Source: Desulfobacterales bacterium (GTDB lineage: Bacteria; Desulfobacterota; Desulfobacteria; Desulfobacterales; UBA5616). From it: a stretch of 64,000 nt of DNA. Below are positions 25,909-33,878 of this stretch, one piece after another. Numbering within the stretch: the first letter of the stretch is position 1; each line of letters begins with the position of its first letter. Below the pieces are notes generated by a model that saw only the letters and a list, made by a program, of their open reading frames with translations, was not told the origin of the DNA and made no database searches. A program made the position numbers and the translations under genes. The stretch lies in NCBI GenBank assembly GCA_046483495.1, contig JAWODC010000077.1, positions 5,143 to 69,142 on the forward strand, written 5' to 3'.

Positions 25909-27182
25909 TACGCACCCCCTTTTTTCAAAGCGGATGCTTCGACTTCGGAAAGGGCATCTTCAAAACGTTCGAGTGCTTCATCACAAAATGAAACATCGAT
26001 CAACAGGCCGGGCTTGAACTGGAGAACGGACAAATCGAAACCGGCAAAAATAGCCCAAATGCCTTTGTCATAGAGGGCTTTCATCATCGTGACCGCTCCG
26101 TTCGCGTCATCGAATTTCAAGCCCATAATCAGTCCTTTTTGACGGATTTCAATCAAATAAGGATGCCGCTTTTGGATATCTTCGAGACCTCCTCCCAGAT
26201 ATTCGGCGATGTTTCGCGCATGGTCAAGCACGGCCGGATCGCCGCAGATGTCAAGGACGCGCGATCCGACGACACATCCTATTTCCGCGCCGCCGAAGGT
26301 CGACACATGGCCCCATCCGTTGTCCGTAAGCCAGGCCCCCACATCTTTTTTCATGACGGTCGCGGCTACCGGATACATGCCGCCCGAAAGCCCTTTTCCC
26401 GTAACGAGAATATCGGGTTTCACGCCCCATGCGTCGACGCCCCATACATGCCCGGTCCGCCCGAGTCCGGTCTGCACTTCATCGGCGATGTACAGTGATC
26501 CGTATCGTTCACAAAGTTTCTTGACGCCCGGCAGGTAATCGTCCCCCGGCACCGGGAAGCCGTAAGTGGCCGGGATGGTTTCCAGTATTACTGCGGCGAT
26601 GTCCTTGTTGGAGAGGACCCCTTCCATGGCTTCCAGATCATTGAACGGCACCTTGATGTATTCACCGGGATAATCGCTTTTAAAGTAGCGGGCTGTCTTG
26701 TCGTCTCCAACGCCGCCGGAAAGCCCCGTCCGGCCATGATACCCCGCTTCTATACCGACAATCTTCCGCTTTCCGGTAAAACGCCGTGAAGATTTTATGG
26801 CTACGTCATTGGCTTCACTGCCGCCGGATGCAAATACGGTGTAATGAAGCCCCGTTGCGGCTGCGAGCTTCTCTGCCAGGTCGGCCCTGGCTTCGCTGGG
26901 AAAATGATGGTTGCCGATATCCAATTCCGTGAGGGCCCGGGTTAACGTTTTCATAATCTCAGGATTTCGGTGGCCCAGGTTGAAAGTACCGCCGTTTAAG
27001 TGAAAATCCATCAGTTCATGACCGTCTAAATCCCACATGCGATACCCGTCCCGTTTGCCGATGACCAGGTCGATGCCGAACATATGAAATGTCTCTACAC
27101 GTCCGGGAATGACATAGTTGTGGGAAAGATTCAGTGCCCGGCGTTTGCGTTTCGAGAAACCATCAGGTGCGGAATACGTCAT
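25908..27182 (-). CDS. Class-III aminotransferase-fold PLP enzyme (aminotransferase or phospho-lyase)
   Basis: ASGGSEANDVAIK, IADEVQTGLGRTG, and VTGKGLSGG (PLP Lys present). Confidence 0.85.
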   Translation of the reverse strand: MTYSAPDGFSKRKRRALNLSHNYVIPGRVETFHMFGIDLVIGKRDGYRMWDLDGHELMDFHLNGGTFNLGHRNPEIMKTLTRALTELDIGNHHFPSEARADLAEKLAAATGLHYTVFASGGSEANDVAIKSSRRFTGKRKIVGIEAGYHGRTGLSGGVGDDKTARYFKSDYPGEYIKVPFNDLEAMEGVLSNKDIAAVILETIPATYGFPVPGDDYLPGVKKLCERYGSLYIADEVQTGLGRTGHVWGVDAWGVKPDILVTGKGLSGGMYPVAATVMKKDVGAWLTDNGWGHVSTFGGAEIGCVVGSRVLDICGDPAVLDHARNIAEYLGGGLEDIQKRHPYLIEIRQKGLIMGLKFDDANGAVTMMKALYDKGIWAIFAGFDLSVLQFKPGLLIDVSFCDEALERFEDALSEVEASALKKGGA

Positions 27183-27481
27183 ATTTTTCTCCTCTATAAA
27201 GGCGACCCGGCTGATTGAGTGATAACGGGCCTATTCACGTGTGTAAGAGGACTTGCCGTTCGGCCTTGACGAAGAAATCGGGACAAAAGAAAGCGTTTAA
27301 AATTTTTTTTAACCACAGGCGCCGGCGCATGGCCGAATTGCTGCGTTGTTGCGCCCGAAATTCGGATTATAGGCAAATAACCGGAAATGACAATAAAAAA
27401 AACAGCTGCTGCGGCGTACGGCTTTACATCCACAGGCAAATTGTGTATCGTGTTCACACGAAAAGCGCCTTCCTGATTTGC

Positions 27482-27509
27482 TTCACGTTTTATTCTTTTT
27501 CGATATAAT
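27482..27509 (+). promoter_or_regulatory. Sigma-70-like promoter TTCACG-N16-TATAAT
   Basis: Read directly, 25 nt upstream of the TTG start of E1-alpha with an AAAGGGGG SD. Confidence 0.4.
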
Positions 27510-27533
27510 CACCCAAACGAAAAGGGGGCTGAG

Positions 27534-28502
27534 TTGAACCTTACAGATGAACAAAAAATCCAAATGCTTGCCACGATGCTGCGCATTCGACGGTTTGAGG
27601 AAACCATCGAGGAACTGGTCCTTACCGGAAAGATATCCGGGTTCGTTCACCTGTACATCGGTGAAGAGGCCGTGGCAACCGGTGTATGCGCTGCACTCGC
27701 CACGTCCGATTACATCACGAGCACCCACAGGGGGCATGGCCATCTTATCGCAAAGGGCGGTGACGTCCGAATGATGATGGCGGAAATATTCGGAAAGGCC
27801 ACCGGATATTGCAAGGGAAAGGGCGGCTCGATGCACATCGCGGATCTGGACCTCGGGATTCTGGGTGCCAACGGCATTGTCGGGGGCGGGCCTCCGCTTG
27901 CCGCCGGAGCCGGACTGGCATGCCGGTACAAGGGCTCCCATGCGGTTTGTGTATGCTTTTTCGGTGACGGCGCCTCCAACCAGGGCACGACTCATGAAGC
28001 CATGAATCTGGCATCGATTTTCAAGCTGCCGGTTGTGTTCGTTGCCGAGAACAACCGATTCGCCGAATTCACCCGGCAGTCCAACCATCAGAACATCGAA
28101 TCCGTTGCCGAAAGGGCCGCCGCGTACGGCATTCCCGGCGTGGTCGTTGACGGAAATGATCTTCCGGCGGTCTATGAGGCGGCTTTTGAAGCGGTCGGCA
28201 GGGCACGGGAAGGGAAGGGCCCCACATTGCTGGAGTGCATGACTTACCGCATCAAGGGGCACTATGTCGGCGATCCGGAAAGATATCGTGCACCCGAAGA
28301 AGTTGAGGAGTGGAGAGGCGCGGAAAAGGACCCGATCCTGCGGTTTGAAAAACGCCTTCTCCAATCCAAGTCGGTAAGCCGGGAGCAAATCGATGAAGTG
28401 AAAGCGGCCGTCAAGCGGGAGATCGAAGAGGCTGTCGTTTTTGCTACGGAGAGTCCTGTGCCGGAGGCATCGGAGTTGTATACGGATGTTTATGCGGATT
28501 AA
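27534..28502 (+). CDS. TPP-dependent 2-oxoacid/acetoin dehydrogenase E1 component, alpha subunit
   Basis: 322 aa with HLYIGEEAVATG, the GDGASNQG TPP motif and YRIKGHYVGD. TTG start. Confidence 0.9.
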   Translation: MNLTDEQKIQMLATMLRIRRFEETIEELVLTGKISGFVHLYIGEEAVATGVCAALATSDYITSTHRGHGHLIAKGGDVRMMMAEIFGKATGYCKGKGGSMHIADLDLGILGANGIVGGGPPLAAGAGLACRYKGSHAVCVCFFGDGASNQGTTHEAMNLASIFKLPVVFVAENNRFAEFTRQSNHQNIESVAERAAAYGIPGVVVDGNDLPAVYEAAFEAVGRAREGKGPTLLECMTYRIKGHYVGDPERYRAPEEVEEWRGAEKDPILRFEKRLLQSKSVSREQIDEVKAAVKREIEEAVVFATESPVPEASELYTDVYAD

Positions 28503-28504
28503 AA

Positions 28505-28598
28505 GGGTGATGGGTGATGGGTAGGTGATGGGTTATGGGTTGATGGGCGAATCGTGAATCGTGAATGGGGGCTGAAAGCTGAAGGCTCAAGGCTCGAA
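28505..28598. repeat. Composite heptamer arrays: GGGTGAT-type, then CGTGAAT x2, then GCTGAAA GCTGAAG GCTCAAG GCTCGAA
   Basis: Read directly. Starts 3 nt after the E1-alpha stop and abuts TIR element copy 2. Confidence 0.9.
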
Positions 28599-28613
28599 TT
28601 TAAAGAGGATTGG

Positions 28614-28962
28614 GTCTTAATCCCCCCCATCCCGGCCTTCCCCCTCCAGGGGTGAAGGGGACATGCAGCGAAAATTGTAAAGTATTCCACATTCGGGTTT
28701 TTTTGATTATATGTTCGAGCGGCTGCTTCGCGCCGCTGAATAGAAAAGCATGCCGAAAATATTTTTTATATCTTAAGCGAAGCGAACGGGTGTGTACAAC
28801 CCCTTGACCCATATGACCATGACCAAAAAACAAACCGTGATCAAAGCGAACGGCACTTTTATTTACTTGTTGAAAATTAATGAATTACGATTAGTGGACT
28901 CACGGCGGAACAACTCCCCTTCCCCACTGGAGGGGGAAGGCCGGGATGGGGGGGATAAAGAT
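28614..28962 (+). mobile_element. TIR-bounded non-coding repeat (MITE/Correia-like), copy 2, ~349 bp
   Basis: GTCTTAATCCCCCCCATCCCGGCCTTCCCCCTCCAGGGGTGAAGGGGA ... TCCCCTTCCCCACTGGAGGGGGAAGGCCGGGATGGGGGGGATAAAGA. Aligns along its length with the reverse complement of 54569-54918. Confidence 0.75.
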
Positions 28963-29022
28963 CCAAGCCACTGACTTTTAATGGTTTACTTTACATATTT
29001 AAAATCGCGTGTTAGCGGTCGA

Positions 29023-29098
29023 GTTATCGGTATCGATATCGAAATTCAAAAAGAAAAAAAACGATCCCGATCCCGATCCCGATTCCGATACCGATAAC
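29023..29098. repeat. 13-bp inverted repeat (GTTATCGGTATCG / CGATACCGATAAC) enclosing an A-rich loop and a hexamer array CGATCC x3, CGATTC, CGATAC, CGATAA
   Basis: Read directly, 29 nt upstream of the E1-beta ATG. Confidence 0.85.
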
Positions 29099-29126
29099 AA
29101 TTGAAAACCCCATAGGAGGACAGACG

Positions 29127-30110
29127 ATGGCGACGATGAATATGGCACAGGCGATCAACAGCGCATTAATGAACGAAATGGAGCGTGATGAAAACGTTTT
29201 CATGATCGGTGTCGATTTAAAATCCGGTGTAATGGGTGTCACGGCCGGCCTTCAAAAAAAATTTGGAGACCGGCGGATTATCGATACACCGATTACCGAA
29301 AGCGCCGTCGTGGGCGCGGCGGTAGGAGCTGCCGCCGTAGGTCTCAGGCCGGTCGCCGAACTGATGTTTGTCGATTTCATCGGCGTTTGTTTCGACCAGC
29401 TGTTCAACCAGGCGGCAAAAATGCGGTACATGTTCGGCGGCAAGGCCCGCATTCCGATGGTCCTGCGCACCTGCTTCGGCGCCGGGATGGGAGCGGCGGC
29501 CCAGCACAGCCAGTCCCTGGAAGCCTGGTTTATGCATGTGCCGGGCTTGAAAGTGGTCATGCCCAGCACGCCTTACGATGCCAAGGGCCTCCTGATATCG
29601 GCGATTCGAGACGACAATCCGGTCGTCGTCATGGAGCATAAAGGGCTGTACTTCATGCCCGGAGCCGTCGATGTGCCGGAACAGGCGTATACGCTGCCGC
29701 TGGGAAAAGCGGACATCAAACGCCAAGGGTCCGACGTAACCGTTGTCGCCACCGGACTGATGGTGCATACGGCACTTGGGGCCGCCGAAGCATTGTCGCA
29801 GGAAGGGATCGAACTGGAGATCATCGATCCCATGACATTGTCGCCGCTGGACGAGGCGACCATTATCGATTCCGTCAAGAAAACCGGACGCCTGATCGTT
29901 ATGCATGAGGAAGTGAAATTCGCAGGATCGGGAGCGGAAATAGCCGCCATGGCGGCTGAAAAATGCTTTGATGATCTGGATGCCCCGATTTTGCGCATCG
30001 GTGCACCGTTTACACCGGTCCCCTTCGCAGCCGGTCTGGAGGGCAAATTCATTCCAAGTGCCGAACAGCTTATTGACGCCGCCAAAAAAATTATGGGAAA
30101 AAACGCCTGA
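29127..30110 (+). CDS. 2-oxoacid/acetoin dehydrogenase E1 component, beta subunit
   Basis: 327 aa. TAGGAGGA SD. MATMNMAQAINSALMNEMERDENVFMIGVD..IIDTPITESA is the typical transketolase-like pyrimidine-binding domain. Confidence 0.9.
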   Translation: MATMNMAQAINSALMNEMERDENVFMIGVDLKSGVMGVTAGLQKKFGDRRIIDTPITESAVVGAAVGAAAVGLRPVAELMFVDFIGVCFDQLFNQAAKMRYMFGGKARIPMVLRTCFGAGMGAAAQHSQSLEAWFMHVPGLKVVMPSTPYDAKGLLISAIRDDNPVVVMEHKGLYFMPGAVDVPEQAYTLPLGKADIKRQGSDVTVVATGLMVHTALGAAEALSQEGIELEIIDPMTLSPLDEATIIDSVKKTGRLIVMHEEVKFAGSGAEIAAMAAEKCFDDLDAPILRIGAPFTPVPFAAGLEGKFIPSAEQLIDAAKKIMGKNA

Positions 30111-30142
30111 TCCGACATGCAAAGAAGAGGGAGTAGTCGAAA

Positions 30143-31159
30143 ATGGACATGGAAGAAATTCAGCCGCGATTAACCCGGTTCTGCCGGGCGAAATACAAGG
30201 ATGACAATGCTGTTATAACCGACATTTGCAAGATGCCGGGGCATGCGGGATTCAGTTACGGATTCACCGTGAAATCCGGTGACCGATCGGAATCCTGGTA
30301 CATCCGTCTGCCGCCGCCGAACGTTCAGTGGAAGGGAACCGCCGACGTGCTGCGGCAGGTCGCCATTCTGAACGCATTGGACGAGACCGATGTGCCCCAT
30401 TGCACGGTGAAATGGTCCGGGGACGATTTGGAGTGGTTCGGATGCCCCTATTTTATCGTTCCGCTCCTGGAAGGCGAGGTGCTTGGGGTTGGGTTGGAGC
30501 CGGGGAGATGGGCTGACCGGATGTCCGAGGAACAGACGCGTGGTCTCGGTCGACAGATCATGACCGCCTTGGCGGAAATTCATCGGGTGGATTGGGAAAA
30601 AAAGGCATCGTATTTAGGGCCGCCCATTCCCTTCGATCAGGATGTGCTGCGTTGGGACCGCTTCCTTGACCGCTGTGCGGAACCGGAGCGTTTTGAGCAT
30701 GCCGCCGAGGTGCGGCGGCTGCTTTTGGAAAAATATCCCGAAAAAACGCCGATCGGGGTATTTCACGGCGATTTCCAGGCGTCCAATCTTTTCTGTTCGT
30801 ATGATGGAAACCTGCTTGCCGTAATTGATTGGGAGCTGGTGGGAATCGGTTCCACCTTGAATGACGTGGGGTGGGTGGCGACCTTCTCCGATGAAAAAGC
30901 ATGGTCGACGGAGGGTTCCGGACGGCGGATGTTTCTTGACCCGGAAACGCTGACCTCGATGTATATCGATGCGTACGGCGCCCCGCTGCCCGATCTTCGG
31001 TGGTTCAGGGCGTTGGCCGGCTACAAGTTCGCCATTATTTCCGGATTCAACCTGAGTCTTCACCGCAGGGGCAAACGTCCGGATCCGTTGTGGGAGGACA
31101 TGCGGTTTTCCATCGATACACTGATGGGCAGGGCATTGGAATTGCTGCAGGCGATATAA
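30143..31159 (+). CDS. APH-fold phosphotransferase of the type fused to or adjacent to acyl-CoA dehydrogenases (ACAD10/11 N-domain-like, LvaA-like)
   Basis: GFSYGFTV..YIRLPPPNVQWKGTADVLRQVAILNAL..VPHCTVKWSGDDLEWFGCPYFIVPLLEG, HGDFQASNLF and AVIDWELVGIGSTLNDVGW. Confidence 0.75.
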   Translation: MDMEEIQPRLTRFCRAKYKDDNAVITDICKMPGHAGFSYGFTVKSGDRSESWYIRLPPPNVQWKGTADVLRQVAILNALDETDVPHCTVKWSGDDLEWFGCPYFIVPLLEGEVLGVGLEPGRWADRMSEEQTRGLGRQIMTALAEIHRVDWEKKASYLGPPIPFDQDVLRWDRFLDRCAEPERFEHAAEVRRLLLEKYPEKTPIGVFHGDFQASNLFCSYDGNLLAVIDWELVGIGSTLNDVGWVATFSDEKAWSTEGSGRRMFLDPETLTSMYIDAYGAPLPDLRWFRALAGYKFAIISGFNLSLHRRGKRPDPLWEDMRFSIDTLMGRALELLQAI

Positions 31160-31220
31160 AGCATTCAGCGATTACAGCGATCAGCATGTGCATCGATTCA
31201 AAAAGAGCAGGGGGTATTTG

Positions 31221-31976
31221 ATGAAGAATTACTTGGATATGAGCGGAAAGACGGTGTTGATTACCGGCGGGAGCCGTGGACTGGGAAGGGCCATGGCCCT
31301 TGGGTTTGCCGAACAGGGGGCGGATATTGCAGTTGTGAGCCGAAAAATGGAGGCGTGCGAAAAAACCGCTGAGGAAGTGCGGGCCTTCGGGGTCAAGGCA
31401 TTTCCCTATGCGTGCAATGTCGGCCATTGGGATGCCCTTTCAACCATGGCGGAAGCCGTTTACGACCATTTCGGCAAGGTGGATGTGTTGATCAACAATG
31501 CCGGCATGTCCCCCCTCGCACCATCTTCGCTGGAAACCGGCGAAGCTTTATTCGATAAAGTCATCGCCGTTAATTTCAAGGGGCCTTTTCGACTTTCCGC
31601 CCTGGTGGGCTCACGGATGGCGGCGGAAGCAGGCGGATGCATCATCAACATCAGCAGCATCGCAGCCATCCGGCCGAAACCCGAAACGGCGCCGTATTCC
31701 GGAGCCAAAGCGGCCCTGAATGCGATCACCGAAGCGTATGCCCACGAGTACGGCCCGAAGGTCAGGGTCAATTGTATTATGTGCGGTCCCTTTCTTACCG
31801 ATGTATCCGTGGTGTGGGCCCATACGGAGGAATTCAAAGCTCGGGCCAAGGCGGAATTCGCCCTGGAGCGTGCCGGAAAACCCGAAGAAATCGTTACGAC
31901 GGCATTGTACCTGGCAAGCGATGCCTCGAGTTTTACTACCGGAGCCGTAATTCGCCTTGACGGGGGAACGCCTTAG
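31221..31976 (+). CDS. Short-chain dehydrogenase/reductase (SDR)
   Basis: MKNYLDMSGKTVLITGGSRGLGRAMA (TGxxxGxG), NNAG, and YSGAKAAL (YxxxK). Start moved to the internal Met at 31221. Confidence 0.9.
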   Translation: MKNYLDMSGKTVLITGGSRGLGRAMALGFAEQGADIAVVSRKMEACEKTAEEVRAFGVKAFPYACNVGHWDALSTMAEAVYDHFGKVDVLINNAGMSPLAPSSLETGEALFDKVIAVNFKGPFRLSALVGSRMAAEAGGCIINISSIAAIRPKPETAPYSGAKAALNAITEAYAHEYGPKVRVNCIMCGPFLTDVSVVWAHTEEFKARAKAEFALERAGKPEEIVTTALYLASDASSFTTGAVIRLDGGTP

Positions 31977-32038
31977 GCCGGCGGATGGAACCCGGACCGT
32001 TTTCATCGTAAAACCGCTGTTCGGAAACGGTTTCCGGA

Positions 32039-32587
32039 TTATGGCCGCCGATATAAAAAGATGGGATCGTGATGCAAGGGTCCTTCAGGATAAATAACAG
32101 CATTGGGTGAGAGGCCCGGCAGGGGGAAATTAAACGAAACGATGGCTGCACCCGACGGCAGCTCGGATTTTAATTTATCGGCCAATTTTGCCGTCACATC
32201 AGGGAAAAGGTAGCAAAAGACCACATCGGCGCTTGAAAGGTCCGCCTGCCAGAAGTTTTGCCGCCGGATGCTGATGCGCCTGAATTTCCGGCATAACAGC
32301 CTCGCCTTGAAATAGGCAAGCAGGTTGATTTCATATCCGATGCACGCGGCACCGCATGTTCGGGAGAAGGTCCGAAGTACCCGTCCGTCCCCGCATCCCA
32401 AATCTACGGCCGTCGTAATGCCGGCCGGCAATGCCGCAATTGCCGCGTGGATGCGCTCGAGCGAAGTGGAGACATACAGTGCCCCACCGGTCTTCGGCAG
32501 TGCACATGCCGCTGATGCCAGGTAGGCCATCTTACCGGCAAACAGCAGAAAAAAGGCGATCAGGCATATCCATATGAAGTGCGCCAT
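32039..32587 (-). CDS. Class I SAM-dependent methyltransferase with N-terminal membrane anchor
   Basis: VDLGCGDGRVL SAM motif I and a hydrophobic N-terminus. Confidence 0.7.
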   Translation of the reverse strand: MAHFIWICLIAFFLLFAGKMAYLASAACALPKTGGALYVSTSLERIHAAIAALPAGITTAVDLGCGDGRVLRTFSRTCGAACIGYEINLLAYFKARLLCRKFRRISIRRQNFWQADLSSADVVFCYLFPDVTAKLADKLKSELPSGAAIVSFNFPLPGLSPNAVIYPEGPLHHDPIFLYRRP

Positions 32588-32632
32588 AGGCTCGAACCGC
32601 CGGAGGGCCGATGCGGCTTGGTAAAAGATGGA

Positions 32633-33400
32633 TTAGTAACCGCTGATCAGGTCCCGCCTTTTTCGGTCGTATTCCTCTTCCGTAATAAGCCCCTTTTGCA
32701 CGAGGCCCTCGAGTGTCGTCAATTTGGTTTCGATATCCCGGGGATCTGCCGCACCTTCAACAGGCAATCGCAAGGGGCGCTCCTGTTTTTCCGCCTTCGT
32801 GCTGAACAGACGGGATACGAGACCGAAAATTCGCTTTATGCCCTGCCAGATTTTCGGCAGAATCCATATCATCAACAGGATAAACAGAATCAGGAGGACA
32901 ACGAAAACCCAGGGGTAATTCAGGGCCGTCCACAAACCGCCGACAACAAGGACATCCTCTCCGATCGAGGCCGCCCAATTGGTAAACGGTTCAGGGGAGG
33001 CGTTGATGATGGCCCGCGAACCGCTTTTGGTGGCGTGGCTGCCGGCTGACAATGATCCGCCGACAATGGCAGCCGCCAAAGCCGCAGGTTGGCTTACATC
33101 CGAAACGGCTCCGTAGGCCAGCACGGCGCCTGCGGGAATGCGCACGAACGTGTGCAGTGCATCCCAGCCCGAATCCACACCCGGTATTTTGTCTGCAAAA
33201 AACTCGACAGCATACATCAATCCGGCGGCAAAAATAACCAGGGGGCTGGCCAGAACCTGAAGGTCGGGCGGCAGGGATACACTTCCCGTGGCCTGCAGAA
33301 TACCGAGCACCAGGATTGTGGCATAAAGATTGATTCCACTGGCCCATGCGGCTCCCATCGATATCGAAATATACTGAATGACGGTATTCAATTGTTCCAC
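32633..33400 (-). CDS. DUF4126 membrane protein with C-terminal SHOCT-like tail
   Basis: ASGINLYATILVLGIL.. multi-TM DUF4126 pattern. The C-terminal LEGLVQKGLITEEEYDRKRRDLISGY resembles SHOCT. Confidence 0.6.
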   Translation of the reverse strand: MEQLNTVIQYISISMGAAWASGINLYATILVLGILQATGSVSLPPDLQVLASPLVIFAAGLMYAVEFFADKIPGVDSGWDALHTFVRIPAGAVLAYGAVSDVSQPAALAAAIVGGSLSAGSHATKSGSRAIINASPEPFTNWAASIGEDVLVVGGLWTALNYPWVFVVLLILFILLMIWILPKIWQGIKRIFGLVSRLFSTKAEKQERPLRLPVEGAADPRDIETKLTTLEGLVQKGLITEEEYDRKRRDLISGY

Positions 33401-33878
33401 GGTTACATTCTCCCGGTTTTCATATTTCTGATGCCCGAACCGAATCCGGTTTTACAACCGAAAATGCAGGATGTTCCTGGTTTGGCCGGTCTCGCGTTCA
33501 GCGTCCTGGAGAAACTGAAACCGCCCTGAACGCCTTGGAAAATGCACAATGACTTGAGCTGAGTCCGGCGCAATATGGTTTTTCTATATCACATCGATTT
33601 CCAAATACAAAACCATTATAATAGGTCGTCATGTGCGACGGCATTAATCTGTTGCGCGCCCGTCTCTCCCGCTTCGCGACCGATCCACTCTGCCCCTCGA
33701 TCTGCAAAATCGAGTCAAACCGCTTCTATCCGGTCGTAATGATTCAAAACACCGATTATTTCGAGTAAGCGTGCAAAAAAAAATTGGCCGGCACCTGTAA
33801 TATTTCCTTGTAGAAATGTTCATTTTGAATTAAAACTCACCAATATAAAAAAATTGCAAGGAGTATTTATGGACGTCG

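Noticed and set aside
27483-28388. 301-aa ORF on the minus strand
   Set aside because: It is entirely antisense to the well-supported E1-alpha gene, has a low-complexity Arg/Gly/Pro-rich translation and matches no family. It is a typical shadow ORF in GC-rich coding DNA. The same reasoning applies to 1358-1993(+), 3339-4076(-), 23566-24453(-), 29217-30122(-), 42946-43569(+), 47760-48599(+), 45810-46532(-) and 60080-61147(+).
29024-29242. 72-aa minus-strand ORF ending ..GIGIGIGIGIVFFLFEFRYRYR
   Set aside because: It is the translation of the CGATCC hexamer array and inverted repeat, and it overlaps the E1-beta start. It is not coding.
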